A stretch of DNA of 49,656 bases, from positions 1 through 49,656 of the forward strand of contig JBMFOM010000002.1 of the NCBI GenBank assembly GCA_049969615.1. Direction: 5' to 3'. Under the pieces are notes generated by a model. The model was not told the origin of the DNA. It searched no databases and was given only the letters and a program-made list of their open reading frames with translations. Source of the DNA: a candidate division WOR-3 bacterium. Its GTDB lineage: Bacteria > Hydrothermota > Hydrothermia > JBDRYB01. The position numbers and the translations under genes are program-made. Below are positions 1 to 10,037 of the stretch, one piece after another; position 1 is the stretch's first letter; every line of letters begins with the position of its first letter.

Positions 1-170
1 CTGACCCATCCGGGCTTTCTCAAACCAGGGGGGTATGCTGAGAATCAAAAATGAGCACATCCGGGGAAAGGATCACGAGGATCACAAAAGTTGCAGGAGT
101 TTGACCAGGAGCTTTATACTATGCCCATGAAAGAAAAAAGGGATCCAAAAGGGACTTTATCAGAGGTCTC
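1..170 (-). repeat. Diverged copy (H) of the intergenic repeat family, cut by the window edge
   Basis: ACTTTATCAGAGGTCTC at 154-170 is the reverse complement of motif GAGACCCCTGATAAAGT. Upstream, CCTGGTTTGAGAAAGCCC (reverse-complement view) resembles the TGGTTTGAGC module of copies B and D. Confidence 0.4.
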
Positions 171-178
171 AAAAATGT

Positions 179-1546
179 TTAATCCTGCACATCCCCCCTC
201 TCGGCCGCCCTTGCCCTTATCCCCCTCTCGGCCAGCTTGACGATCAGTTCATCCTGCGCCCCTGGTTCCCCGTGAACCAGTATGATTTCCTCCGGCTCCG
301 CGGCAGAGCACCAGTCCATGAGGCCCTTCTGATCAGCGTGTGCGGAGAACCCGTCAAGCATGTGAACCTGAGCCCTGACAGCAATGCGCTCCCAGTATAT
401 CTCAACCTCTTTCGCACCTTCGGCTATGTCCCTGCCTAGGGTTCCCTTTGCCTGATAACCAGTGAAGACTATGGAGTTTTCCTCCCTCCAGAGGTGGTGT
501 TTCAGGTGATGCTTTATACGGCCGCCAACGCACATTCCTCCGGATGCTATTATTACTGCCTTTTCCCTCAGTGAATTCAGTGATTTTGATTCCTCGGGCG
601 TCCTGGTAAAACGAAGGCCAGGAAAAACGAAAAGGTCCCTTCTTTCCAGAAAAAGATCCCTTGCCTCCTGGTCATAGGACTCAGGGTGAGCGCGAAATAC
701 ATTCATCGCGTCTATGGCCAGGGGGCTGTCCAAGAAATATCTTCCATCGGGAAGTTTTCCGGCCTCGTAGAGTTCCCTGAGATAATAAATGATGTCCTGC
801 GCGCGCTCCAGGGCGAAAGAGGGAACGATCACATTTCCCCCGCGCTCAAATGTCTCAGCGATTATCCTGCCGAGCTGTTCAACCGTCTCATTTATTGATC
901 CGTGTAGCCTGTCGCCGTATGTTGATTCCATGACAAGCAGGTTCGCCTTCCTCGGAGTTGATGGGTCGCGGATCACCGGCTTGCCAGTGTTGCCAACATC
1001 TCCGGAGAAGATCACCCTCTTTCCTCTGTAGTCTATCTCAACGAACGCCGAACCAAGTATGTGTCCCGCGTCGTGAAGGGTGAGGCTCAGCCCACGGCCC
1101 AGTTCAATCTCATCCCCGTAGTTTATCCCGTGCCTGAAGAGCCTCATCGCTTTCCTGAGGTCGTTTTCATCGTATAGGGGTCTGAGTTCCGGCAGGCCCC
1201 GTCGCAATCTCCTGCGGTTCTCCGTCGCGAGGTCTTCTTTTTGAACCTGAACCGAGTCCTCAAGCATGAGACCAGCCAGATCGAGGGTTGCCCTGTGGGT
1301 TATGACCTGGCCTCTGAAGCCCTCCCTCACCAGCCTCGGCAGGAGTCCGATGTGATCTATGTGCGCGTGGGTCAGGATTACATGGTCTATGCTGGCGGGA
1401 TCAAAAGCGAGATCCTCCCAGTTGAGTTCCTCGTTCTCACCCTGGAACATGCCTGCGTCCACGAGGAACCTGATCCCGTCAGCCTCAACGAGATGCATGG
1501 ACCCTGTCACTGTCCTGCAGGCCCCAAGAAATGTTATCCTCATCAC
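179..1546 (-). CDS. MBL-fold beta-CASP family metallo-hydrolase (RNA-metabolising type)
   Basis: 455 aa. HxHxDH motif (LTHAHIDHIG) near the N-terminus, with later D/H motifs typical of beta-CASP. Its start overlaps the argS stop by 4 nt. Confidence 0.85.
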   Translation of the reverse strand: MMRITFLGACRTVTGSMHLVEADGIRFLVDAGMFQGENEELNWEDLAFDPASIDHVILTHAHIDHIGLLPRLVREGFRGQVITHRATLDLAGLMLEDSVQVQKEDLATENRRRLRRGLPELRPLYDENDLRKAMRLFRHGINYGDEIELGRGLSLTLHDAGHILGSAFVEIDYRGKRVIFSGDVGNTGKPVIRDPSTPRKANLLVMESTYGDRLHGSINETVEQLGRIIAETFERGGNVIVPSFALERAQDIIYYLRELYEAGKLPDGRYFLDSPLAIDAMNVFRAHPESYDQEARDLFLERRDLFVFPGLRFTRTPEESKSLNSLREKAVIIASGGMCVGGRIKHHLKHHLWREENSIVFTGYQAKGTLGRDIAEGAKEVEIYWERIAVRAQVHMLDGFSAHADQKGLMDWCSAAEPEEIILVHGEPGAQDELIVKLAERGIRARAAERGDVQD

Positions 1547-3117
1547 ATCCTCTCCGGCGCGGACACCCCCATTAGCGAAAGACCCTCCCTTATGCAGGCC
1601 TTCACCGCTACTGCCAGCGCCAGTCGTGCGGCCGAAAGCTCCCTATCGTCCGTGATTATCCTGTGACGCTGGTAATACCCGTGGAACAACCCGGCCAGGG
1701 ATAGGAGATAATGTGAGAGCAGGTGTGGCTCCTCTGTCTTACACGCGCCCTCAATGATGTCCGGCAGATATAGGAGTTTCCTAAGAATGTTTCTTTCCTC
1801 CGGTTCGTTTAACAGTCGGAATTTCTGCGGATCAGGCGCGATTCCCCGTTCCCTACCAAAATCCTCCAGCGAACAGCACCTGGCGTGGAGATACTGGACA
1901 TAATAGACCGGATTCTCCGAGGCGAGGGTCTTTGCCAGGTCCAGATCAAACTCAAGGGGTTGTGATGTCGAGCGCATAAGCAGGAAAAACCTTGCCGCGT
2001 CTGTCCCCACTTCTTCCATTAGGTCCTCCATGCTGTAGAACTCCCCCTTTCTTTTTGACATCTTTATCTTCTGGCCTCCTCGGATCAGGTGAACTTGCTG
2101 GATTATTTTTACCCGTATGTTCTTAATCCCGATCAGGCTTAACCCCGCTATGAGAACCGCGGCCTCTGTTTGGTGATCCGGGCCGAGGAGGTTCACCATC
2201 TCGTCATAACCCCTCGCGTTTTTGTGCAGGTGATATGCCATGTCCCAGAACAGGTAGGTCGGCTCACCACTGCGCCTGATCAGGACCCTGTCCTTCTCGC
2301 CCCCTGTCTGCTCACCGGGCAGAAAAACCGCTTCCTCCTTTTTGATGGTCATTCCCTCCAGGAGCCGGAGGAGCTCGTCTCTGTAATGTGATATTCTTAT
2401 TTCGCTCTCGCGGGTTATCCTGTCAAACCTCACCCCAAACCGGGCCAGGGTGTCCATGTTTCTTTTGAGGAAAACCATGGCGGCTTCCTTGCCGTAATCC
2501 GCAGGCGGTATTCCGCGTTTCTGCAGTTCTTCTGCAACCGGAATCAGGTATTCGCCAAGGTATCCATCAGGCGGCGCCTCGGCCCTTTCGCCAAGCCTCC
2601 ACGCGACGCTTTCGCCGAGGGCTTTTATTTGTCCACCAGCATCATTAGCGTAAAACTCGGCCTCTGGCTGGAAACCACACCTCCTTGCCAGCTTAACCAG
2701 GCAATCACCCACTGCCGCGGCCCTCGCTGAGACCACATTCAGGGGTCCGGTTGGGTTCGCGGAGACAAACTCATAAAGTATTCTTTTGCCACGTCCGAGC
2801 CCGGATGAGGTGTATTTGACCGGATCCGCGATTGCCTCCCTAGCGGCACGGAAAAATGCCTCATCTCTCAGCCAAATGTTGACAAAACCCTTTGCCACTT
2901 CGCACCTGGCAACATCGGGATGTCCCTCAAGAAACAGCGCGATCTCCTCCGCCTTCTCGTCCGGACTGCGACGTTCGGTTTTGGCGAGGCGAAAAGCCAG
3001 GTTCGTAGTGTAGTCTCCGAATTCCTCGGCTCTCGGTTCCTCAAGACGCACCGCTTCCTGGCCGAAGCGCTCAGAGAGCAATTTTTCCAGCTCAGCCCTC
3101 GTTCCCATATCTCTCAA
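1543..3117 (-). CDS. argS: Arginine--tRNA ligase
   Basis: 524 aa. HIGH-region variant (SANPTGPLNVVSAR), KMSK motif (KMSKRKGEF) and a DALR-like anticodon-binding C-terminus. Confidence 0.95.
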   Translation of the reverse strand: MRDMGTRAELEKLLSERFGQEAVRLEEPRAEEFGDYTTNLAFRLAKTERRSPDEKAEEIALFLEGHPDVARCEVAKGFVNIWLRDEAFFRAAREAIADPVKYTSSGLGRGKRILYEFVSANPTGPLNVVSARAAAVGDCLVKLARRCGFQPEAEFYANDAGGQIKALGESVAWRLGERAEAPPDGYLGEYLIPVAEELQKRGIPPADYGKEAAMVFLKRNMDTLARFGVRFDRITRESEIRISHYRDELLRLLEGMTIKKEEAVFLPGEQTGGEKDRVLIRRSGEPTYLFWDMAYHLHKNARGYDEMVNLLGPDHQTEAAVLIAGLSLIGIKNIRVKIIQQVHLIRGGQKIKMSKRKGEFYSMEDLMEEVGTDAARFFLLMRSTSQPLEFDLDLAKTLASENPVYYVQYLHARCCSLEDFGRERGIAPDPQKFRLLNEPEERNILRKLLYLPDIIEGACKTEEPHLLSHYLLSLAGLFHGYYQRHRIITDDRELSAARLALAVAVKACIREGLSLMGVSAPERM

Positions 3118-3475
3118 TTCTAACGTCCCCCCACAGGGATTCTATGGCATAGAACTCCCTCGCGTCGCGAGTCATTATGTGGATGACAACCTCGTCCGCG
3201 TCCACGAGTATCCACCTCGCTTTTGAGTATCCCTCGGTATGGTGAGGCGTTCGTTCATTTTTGATCAATGTTTCCTCTGTCGTATCCGCCAGGGACCTCG
3301 CGTGGTCGCGGGTCAACGCTGTCGCCAGGACAAAGAAATCCGCTATGAACGGTGCTACTTCCGTCAGGTCCATTACCATTACATCCGTTGCCTTTTTGTC
3401 AGCAAGCGCAATGGCTATTTCTCTCGCTAGCTCTCGTGGTTCCTTCAGGGGAGAAATTATAACCCGCTTTCCCAC
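3092..3475 (-). CDS. rsfS: Ribosome silencing factor RsfS (iojap family)
   Basis: 127 aa. RsfS-like core (FFVLATALTRDHARSLAD ... WILVDADEVVIHIM ... REFYAIESLWGD). Confidence 0.85.
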   Translation of the reverse strand: MGKRVIISPLKEPRELAREIAIALADKKATDVMVMDLTEVAPFIADFFVLATALTRDHARSLADTTEETLIKNERTPHHTEGYSKARWILVDADEVVIHIMTRDAREFYAIESLWGDVRIERYGNEG

Positions 3476-3572
3476 GCAGGATCATGTATTAGGGTATTCG
3501 GGAAGACCGAACGGATCCGAACTCGGGTCAAAAGCGCAAATCGCACCGGATAACGATTCTGGAGATTGGCCC

Positions 3573-3601
3573 TTGACAGTCCACGCGAAAACCGTTATTA
3601 A
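3573..3601 (+). promoter_or_regulatory. Putative sigma70-type promoter of grpE-dnaK-dnaJ
   Basis: TTGACA (3573-3578), 17-nt spacer, TATTAA (3596-3601). The TTG start at 3614 lies 12 nt downstream. No CIRCE element seen. Confidence 0.4.
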
Positions 3602-3613
3602 TATAAGCTGATT

Positions 3614-4126
3614 TTGGGCAAAGGGTTTGGTGAGAGATTGTCCGAATTTTTCCGCGGCCTTACCGAAGAGAGAAATCGCTACAGGGACGCCTGTGCAAGG
3701 GCAATGGCCGATTTGGAAAACCTTCGGGCCGAGGCCCGGCGTCAGGCCGAGGAAGCGGAGCGACGGGGCGCGGAAAGGGTAGTTTTCGCTCTGTTGCCGG
3801 CCCTGGACAGCATGGAAAGGGCCATAGAATATGCTAGGGACAACCCGGATCCAGATGCCCTCCTATCCGGAATAAACATGATAAGGGATGAGATAAATCA
3901 TTCTTTGGAATCCATAGGCGCTCGTAGGATAGAGATTGCCAAGGGACAGGAGTTCAATCCCGGCCTCATGGAAGCGGTTGAAACCATGGGCGAGGGCAAT
4001 ACCTGCCTCGTGGCAGATATGCTTGCCCCTGGCTATGAGTTCAGGGGCCGGATCCTGAGACCAGCGAGGGTGGTGGTGGAACTGCGCCATGGGGAAGCAA
4101 AGGAAACGGAGGATAAGGAGAGATGA
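3614..4126 (+). CDS. grpE: Nucleotide exchange factor GrpE
   Basis: 170 aa with a TTG start. Coiled-coil N-terminus followed by a GrpE-like core (FALLPALDSMERA ... RPARVVV). ATGA overlap with dnaK. Confidence 0.85.
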   Translation: MGKGFGERLSEFFRGLTEERNRYRDACARAMADLENLRAEARRQAEEAERRGAERVVFALLPALDSMERAIEYARDNPDPDALLSGINMIRDEINHSLESIGARRIEIAKGQEFNPGLMEAVETMGEGNTCLVADMLAPGYEFRGRILRPARVVVELRHGEAKETEDKER

Positions 4127-6018
4127 GCGAGAGGATAATCGGAATAGACCTGGGGACCACGAATTCAGCGGTAGCGATAACTATGGGCGGCGAGCCGGTT
4201 ATTATCCCTAACCCGGAGGGCGAACGGATAACCCCATCAGTGGTTTCCTTTGACGGAAAGGAGACCCTTGTCGGCTCGCTGGCAAAGCGATCCGCAGTCA
4301 TGAACATAGCCAACACCGTCTATTCGGTGAAACGTCTCATGGGAAAGAGGTTCTCGGAGGCAAGGGAGGATGTCACCAGGCTGTCATACAAGGTGGTTGA
4401 GGGCAAGGAGGGACGCGCTGAGATATTTATCCCGGCCGAAGGCAGGAATTACTCCCCGGAGGAAATATCGGCACGCATACTGAAGTATCTCAAAGAGGCC
4501 GCGGAGAGCTATCTCGGTCAGAAGATAAACAAGGCCGTCATAACGGTTCCGGCCTACTTCAACGACGCCCAACGCCAGGCTACGAAGGACGCTGGGACCA
4601 TTGCTGGGCTTGAGGTAATGCGCATACTCCCGGAGCCGACAGCGGCCGCTCTGGCCTATGGCCTTGACAAGACCGAAAAGAGCCTCCGCGTCGCGGTATA
4701 TGACCTGGGTGGTGGCACCTTTGACATATCCATACTGGAGCTCGCGGAGGGGGTCTTTGAGGTCAAGAGTACATCCGGTGACACTCACCTCGGCGGCGAC
4801 GACATTGACATACGCATAACAGACTGGCTACTTGAGACCTTCAAGGCCCAATCCGGCGTTGACCTCCGAGGCAACCCGCAAGCCCTCCAGCAGATAAGGG
4901 AAGCCGCCGAGAAGGCAAAGAAGGAGCTTTCCTTCAAGATGGAGACCCCAATAAAGATACCCTTCCTCTACGAGAAACACCACCTTGATGTCTCCCTGAC
5001 CCGGTCCAGGCTTGAGGCCATGGTCCAGGACCTGATTGACAAGACAATAACCATATGCAGGCAGGCGCTTGAGGATTCTGGGCTCTCGCCCTCTGAGATA
5101 GATGAGGTCATTCTGGTCGGAGGTCAGACCAGGATGCCGGCTGTCCAGGAGGCAGTGAGGAACTTCTTTGGCAAGACCCCGCACAAGGGCATAAACCCGG
5201 ACGAGGTTGTGGCGGTTGGCGCGGCAATCCAGGCGGGCATAATCGCTGGCGAATACGCTGACAGGGACATAGTTCTTCTTGATGTGACCCCGCTTTCGCT
5301 TGGAGTTGAGGTCCTCTACGGCGGTTTTGATGTGGTAATACCCAGAAACACCACCATACCCACCAAAAAGACCAAGATATACACGACAGCGGAGAACAAC
5401 CAGCCCTCGGTTCTCATCAAGGTTTATCAGGGCGAACGCCCCATAGCCGGCGAGAACCGATTGCTCGGCCAGTTTGAGCTAACCGGGATTCCCCCGGCGC
5501 CCCGCGGCGTCCCCCAGATAGAGGTGACCTTTGACATAGACACCAACGGAATCCTGCATGTCCACGCTAAAGAAAAGGCCACCGGCAAGGAATCTCAGAT
5601 AAAGATTCACGCCAGGAGCGGCCTCACGGATGATGAGGTCCAGAGGCTTGTTGAGGAGGCAGAACGCCACGCTGAAGAGGATAAACGCAGGAAGGAGCTG
5701 GTTGACCTGAAGAACCAGGCGGACGGATACCTCTTCTCCGTTGAGAGATCAATGAAGGATTTCGGGGACAAGATGACCAAGGAAGAACGGGATGAGATAA
5801 CCAGGCTCTCCGGGGAGCTCAGGGACAGGATGAGCGGGGATGACGCGGGGGCCATACGGACAGCATACGAGAACCTTCAGGAGGCCTGGAACAGGATAGC
5901 GACCAAGATATACCAATCCCAGGGACCACAGGGCGGAGAATCACCCTCCGGACCAGAGAACACTGGCGAAGGAGGCGATGAAGGTCCCCATGATACGGAT
6001 TACAAGGTGGTGGGATAG
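4123..6018 (+). CDS. dnaK: Molecular chaperone DnaK (Hsp70)
   Basis: 631 aa. Signatures [18 protein letters not shown] and [11 protein letters not shown]. Confidence 0.98.
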   Translation: MSERIIGIDLGTTNSAVAITMGGEPVIIPNPEGERITPSVVSFDGKETLVGSLAKRSAVMNIANTVYSVKRLMGKRFSEAREDVTRLSYKVVEGKEGRAEIFIPAEGRNYSPEEISARILKYLKEAAESYLGQKINKAVITVPAYFNDAQRQATKDAGTIAGLEVMRILPEPTAAALAYGLDKTEKSLRVAVYDLGGGTFDISILELAEGVFEVKSTSGDTHLGGDDIDIRITDWLLETFKAQSGVDLRGNPQALQQIREAAEKAKKELSFKMETPIKIPFLYEKHHLDVSLTRSRLEAMVQDLIDKTITICRQALEDSGLSPSEIDEVILVGGQTRMPAVQEAVRNFFGKTPHKGINPDEVVAVGAAIQAGIIAGEYADRDIVLLDVTPLSLGVEVLYGGFDVVIPRNTTIPTKKTKIYTTAENNQPSVLIKVYQGERPIAGENRLLGQFELTGIPPAPRGVPQIEVTFDIDTNGILHVHAKEKATGKESQIKIHARSGLTDDEVQRLVEEAERHAEEDKRRKELVDLKNQADGYLFSVERSMKDFGDKMTKEERDEITRLSGELRDRMSGDDAGAIRTAYENLQEAWNRIATKIYQSQGPQGGESPSGPENTGEGGDEGPHDTDYKVVG

Positions 6019-6021
6019 TTA

Positions 6022-7164
6022 ATGCCGACCAAGGATTACTACGGGATTCTGGGCGTTGATAAGAACGCCACACCAGATGAGATCAAGAAGGCCTACAGGC
6101 GACTGGCCTTGAAGTATCATCCGGATAGAGTGCCGCCGGAGGCTAAGGCCGAGGCCGAGGAACGGTTCAAGGAGATCTCAGAGGCATACGAGGTCCTCAT
6201 GGATCCGGACAAAAGGAAGGCCTATGATACCTATGGGGATGTCTCGTTTGCCACCGGCGGGCCGAACTTCACCTGGCAGGACTTCTCCCACTACGATGAT
6301 CTCCGTGACATATTTGGGGATTTCTTTGGCGACCTTCTGGGCAGTTTCTTCGGTTTTCAAGCACAGCCGAGGGCGCGGCGCTCTGGACCGAAACCAGGGG
6401 AAGACCTCCGGATAACTGTTCCTCTGAGCCTTGAGGAGATGTCCCGTGATACCATAAAACGCATAAGGTTGACCAGATTTGAGTCATGCGAGGCCTGCAA
6501 GGGCACAGGTTCCTCCACCGGCAGAACGAGATCATGCCCGACCTGCGGTGGTCTCGGGGTAGTCCGGAGGGCACACCGAACCTTTCTTGGTCAGATATAT
6601 CAAACAACGACATGCCCGGATTGCAGGGGCGCCGGCGAAACCATTGAATCTCCCTGCCAGGCCTGCTCCGGAAAGGGAAGGGTCAAAAGGGAGGTTGAGA
6701 TTGAGATCAGGTTCCCCGCTGGCATCCGGAGGGGAGAGACGCTGATCATCAGGGGCCAGGGAGGCTCAGGCCTCAGGGGAGGTCGGAGGGGAGACCTGCA
6801 GGTTCTGATTGATGAAAAACCTCACCGAGTATTCAGGCGGGAGGGAGACGACCTCCACCGAGACATTCCGGTTTCCCTGGCGCAGTTGGCGCTCGGCGAC
6901 AGGGTAAAGTTTTCCGGACTCGGCGGGACAGAGCACGAGATCAAAATTCCCCCAGGAACCCAGACCCACACCGTTTTCAGAATAAAAGGCGCTGGAATGC
7001 CCAACCTCAAGGGCGGAAAAGGTGCCCTCTTTGTCAGGGTCATAGCGAGGACGCCGGAGAGGCTCGGAAAGACAGAGAGGGAACTATACAAAAAGCTCAT
7101 GGATGAGGAGAGACATAACGGTTTCTTTGAGAAGATTCGCGAGGAGGCGGAGAGGGCAGAATGA
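6022..7164 (+). CDS. dnaJ: Molecular chaperone DnaJ
   Basis: 380 aa. J domain with HPD (KYHPDR), a G/F-rich linker and four CxxCxGxG repeats ([32 protein letters not shown]). Confidence 0.97.
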   Translation: MPTKDYYGILGVDKNATPDEIKKAYRRLALKYHPDRVPPEAKAEAEERFKEISEAYEVLMDPDKRKAYDTYGDVSFATGGPNFTWQDFSHYDDLRDIFGDFFGDLLGSFFGFQAQPRARRSGPKPGEDLRITVPLSLEEMSRDTIKRIRLTRFESCEACKGTGSSTGRTRSCPTCGGLGVVRRAHRTFLGQIYQTTTCPDCRGAGETIESPCQACSGKGRVKREVEIEIRFPAGIRRGETLIIRGQGGSGLRGGRRGDLQVLIDEKPHRVFRREGDDLHRDIPVSLAQLALGDRVKFSGLGGTEHEIKIPPGTQTHTVFRIKGAGMPNLKGGKGALFVRVIARTPERLGKTERELYKKLMDEERHNGFFEKIREEAERAE

Positions 7165-7246
7165 GAAAGGCCACCAGTTATTCGGTCGGGTCTGGTTTCC
7201 TGGCCAGAAGGGACTGGCCTGATAGCCCATCAAACAGGAGGATGAA

Positions 7247-7570
7247 ATGAACTGCATCTTCTGTAAGATAATCAACGGAGAGGTACCCGCGGATGTCGTC
7301 TGTGAGACCGAGAATGTTCTCGTGTTCCGTGACATAAACCCCCAGGCCCCGGTCCACCTCCTCGCTATTCCAAAACGCCACGCTGAGAGCCTATCGGAAA
7401 TAACCGACATATCTGGGGAGATGCTCACGGCAATCTCGGAATCTGCGGCACGCATGGCTCTCACAGACTACAGGATAGTCTTGAACAAAGGCCCGCAGGC
7501 TGGGCAGGAGGTTCCCCACCTGCATTTCCACATACTCGGTGGCAGACAGATGGCATGGCCGCCAGGCTGA
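7247..7570 (+). CDS. HIT (histidine triad) family protein
   Basis: 107 aa. Histidine triad HLHFHILGG. AGGAGG Shine-Dalgarno 5 nt upstream of the ATG. Confidence 0.9.
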   Translation: MNCIFCKIINGEVPADVVCETENVLVFRDINPQAPVHLLAIPKRHAESLSEITDISGEMLTAISESAARMALTDYRIVLNKGPQAGQEVPHLHFHILGGRQMAWPPG

Positions 7571-7752
7571 GAACATGACAAAAACACCATTTCATTTCCC
7601 ATCCCCGGAGCGGATTTCCCGACCCGTCCTCAGGCAGGCACATAATTTCGTTGTCGCTGAGCGCGCGCTGTTTATCTCAGCTTTTCAGGCCGCTCTAGCG
7701 GGCACACATGGGAAAGAAGGGTTAAAGATGACGAAAAGGAGGTGATAAAAAC

Positions 7753-7944
7753 ATGTCAGGCGTAATGCTCAAAGACGGCGAGTCCTTTGATTCGCTCGTG
7801 AAGCGCTTCCGCAAGATAGTGTCCAGAGACGGCCTCTTGCAGGATGTCAAGAAGTTCCAGTATTACGAGAAGCCTTCCGAGCGAAAGAAGAAAAAGGCGA
7901 TCGCGTCTCGCAGAAGGACTACCAGAAGAACAAGGGAGCTGTGA
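7753..7944 (+). CDS. rpsU: 30S ribosomal protein bS21
   Basis: 63 aa, basic. bS21 pattern (ESFDSLVKRFRK ... YYEKPSERKKKK). AAGGAGGTGA at 7736-7745. Confidence 0.92.
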   Translation: MSGVMLKDGESFDSLVKRFRKIVSRDGLLQDVKKFQYYEKPSERKKKKAIASRRRTTRRTREL

Positions 7945-7978
7945 GGCACCCGCGGTGCTAACGTCAGGGAAATCTGAT

Positions 7979-9928
7979 ATGAACGAAAAGGCCCTCGCGC
8001 GCCTGGAGTTCCAGAGGTTCCTGGATGTAATAGGGGAGTTCCTGTCGTCCCCTCCGGGGCGTATAGCCATTGAAAATGTGCGCCCCATGGCCCCTCCGGA
8101 CGCGATCTGCGAACACGAGCTGACCCGTAGGGCGCGGGCACTGCTAGCGGAGGAGGTTTCTCCTCCGTTCCACGATGTTCCGGACGCGGGGAAGGCGCTT
8201 GAAAAGCTCGGCATAGGCTCCGCCTTGACCGGAAAAGAGCTCCTTGAGCTATCCCACCTAATTATGGTTGGCGCGAGGATATTTGACGCGACGGAAGGCC
8301 TCGGCATCCTCCCGGATCCCTATTATCTCGTGCCCTTGGCCAGGGATATCCAATCAACCTTTGACCCGGACGGCGGGGTTCTTGACGACGCGACTCCTAC
8401 CCTCAGAAAGCTTAGGGAATCAAAACGCAGACAGCGCCAAAGGGTTGTCTCCATGATGGAACGGGTCGCGGAGAAATACCGTGACTCCCTCCGGGATGAA
8501 GTTATCACGGTCCGGGGCGGCAGGTTCGTTCTGGCATTCTCATCATCGGTCAAAACGGATGGCATAGTCCACGGCTACTCGCGGACAACGGAGACCCAGT
8601 ATGTTGAACCCCTTGAGTGCGTTGAGGAACAGAACCGCCTCGTCCGGCTGGAGGATGAGGAACGAGAGGAGGTCTCGCGGATAATCTCAGAACTCACGGA
8701 GAGAGCCAGGGCGAACGCGGGTTTTCTCCGGGACCTATACGAATCCATAGGTAAGGCTGACCTGGTCTGGGCAAAGGCCCGCTACGCCGACGCGGTGGGC
8801 GCGTGCGTGCCGGAAATAATCAGGGAGAAGGGTCTGGTCCTCAAGGGAGTAAGGCACCCAATCCTGCTTTCGGTAAAGGGCAGGGACGAAACCGTTCCAC
8901 TGGACCTCAGGATAGGCCCCTATGTGAAGGCCCTGATATTCACTGGGCCGAACGCTGGCGGCAAAACCGTGGCCATGAAGACCGTGGCCCTGGCTTTCCT
9001 CGCGGGCGCGGCTGGTCTGCCGTATCCGGGCGATGAGGTGCGGGTCTGGCTCCCGGATGAGGTCTTCGCGCTGGGTTTTGAGGAGGGCCAGAGCATAGAG
9101 AGGGGGACATCCTCTTTCACCGGACTCCTTGAGGAGGTGAGCCGTGTAATAGAGGGATCCGGCCCCGGAACCGTTGCCTTCTTTGATGAGGTCCTCTCAT
9201 CTACCGATCCGACAGAGGGCGGAGCGCTGGCCTTTGCTATCCTGAAGAAGCTCATGGACAAGGGAACCGTGACCTTCTCCACTACCCACCTCTCGGTCCT
9301 GAAGAACCTGGCCTCTGGGCAAGATGGTTTTCTCACGGCGGCCACGGAGCTCGGCCCTGACGGAAACCCAACCTACTCATTCAGGCTGGGCGAGGTGGCC
9401 GGCAGTTATGCCATAGAATCAGCCAGGAGGGCGGGTTTTCCGGAAGATGTGATATTCCTAGCAGAAGCCGCTATGGAGGGATACGGCGAGGAGATGGCGA
9501 TGGCCGCCAGACGTGTCGCGCAGTTGGAGGCCGAGCTCAAGGCAAGGATTGCCGAGCAAAAAACCCTCCTGGCAGACGCATCTGCAGAGAGGGAACGCAT
9601 ACTCGCATCCGCGAGGGCAGAGGCTAGGAGGATAATCTCCGCGGCCAGGAAGGATGTGGAGGAATTGGTGAAAAAACTGCGGGAAGAGGCGAAAGCAGAG
9701 CGCAGGCTTGCCTCTGCCAGGAAAGCGAGAACGGAACTCAGGAAGGCCGAGGCATCAATGGACAGAACGTTCTCCGTGAGGGCAGAGAACCCGGAGCCGG
9801 GAAGGGAATACAGGGTCTCCCCGATGGGATTCGTGGGCGAACTCATAGAGCTCCGTGGCGGAAAGGCCCTTCTCCTCGTGGGGAACGCGACTGTTGAGGT
9901 TGACAGCTCGGCTTTGTATGAGGTATGA
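7979..9928 (+). CDS. mutS2: MutS2-family ATPase (endonuclease MutS2 homolog) lacking the C-terminal Smr domain
   Basis: The frame is open from 7844, but that start overlaps rpsU. ATG 7979 (MNEKALARLEF) fits the MutS2 N-terminus. Walker A GPNAGGKT, MutS ATPase motifs (SSTDPTEG, STTH), a long coiled coil and a KOW-like end (VGELIELRGGKALLLVGNATVEV). The protein stops before any Smr domain. Confidence 0.85.
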   Translation: MNEKALARLEFQRFLDVIGEFLSSPPGRIAIENVRPMAPPDAICEHELTRRARALLAEEVSPPFHDVPDAGKALEKLGIGSALTGKELLELSHLIMVGARIFDATEGLGILPDPYYLVPLARDIQSTFDPDGGVLDDATPTLRKLRESKRRQRQRVVSMMERVAEKYRDSLRDEVITVRGGRFVLAFSSSVKTDGIVHGYSRTTETQYVEPLECVEEQNRLVRLEDEEREEVSRIISELTERARANAGFLRDLYESIGKADLVWAKARYADAVGACVPEIIREKGLVLKGVRHPILLSVKGRDETVPLDLRIGPYVKALIFTGPNAGGKTVAMKTVALAFLAGAAGLPYPGDEVRVWLPDEVFALGFEEGQSIERGTSSFTGLLEEVSRVIEGSGPGTVAFFDEVLSSTDPTEGGALAFAILKKLMDKGTVTFSTTHLSVLKNLASGQDGFLTAATELGPDGNPTYSFRLGEVAGSYAIESARRAGFPEDVIFLAEAAMEGYGEEMAMAARRVAQLEAELKARIAEQKTLLADASAERERILASARAEARRIISAARKDVEELVKKLREEAKAERRLASARKARTELRKAEASMDRTFSVRAENPEPGREYRVSPMGFVGELIELRGGKALLLVGNATVEVDSSALYEV

Positions 9929-10037
9929 GCGTGGATAGAGGCGATCGTTTCCCCGGCTCAGGATTCAGCCTGGTGCTTGGGTCTAAACCCAACCGAATAA
10001 AATTCGGGGCATCGCTTCCGAACAGGAGCCTGACCTG

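Noticed and set aside
3476-3613. Search for a CIRCE (HrcA) operator or a sigma32-type promoter upstream of grpE-dnaK-dnaJ
   Set aside because: No TTAGCACTC-N9-GAGTGCTAA-like inverted repeat and no CCCCAT-type -10 is present. Only a sigma70-like TTGACA-N17-TATTAA was seen.
7571-7752. 182-nt spacer upstream of rpsU as a possible structured leader or ncRNA
   Set aside because: I could not identify a convincing conserved fold or a known leader motif. It may simply hold the operon promoter.
7844-7978. Upstream extension of the mutS2 ORF (start 7844)
   Set aside because: It overlaps the last 100 nt of rpsU in another frame and encodes an R/S-rich peptide. The MutS2-like sequence starts at ATG 7979.
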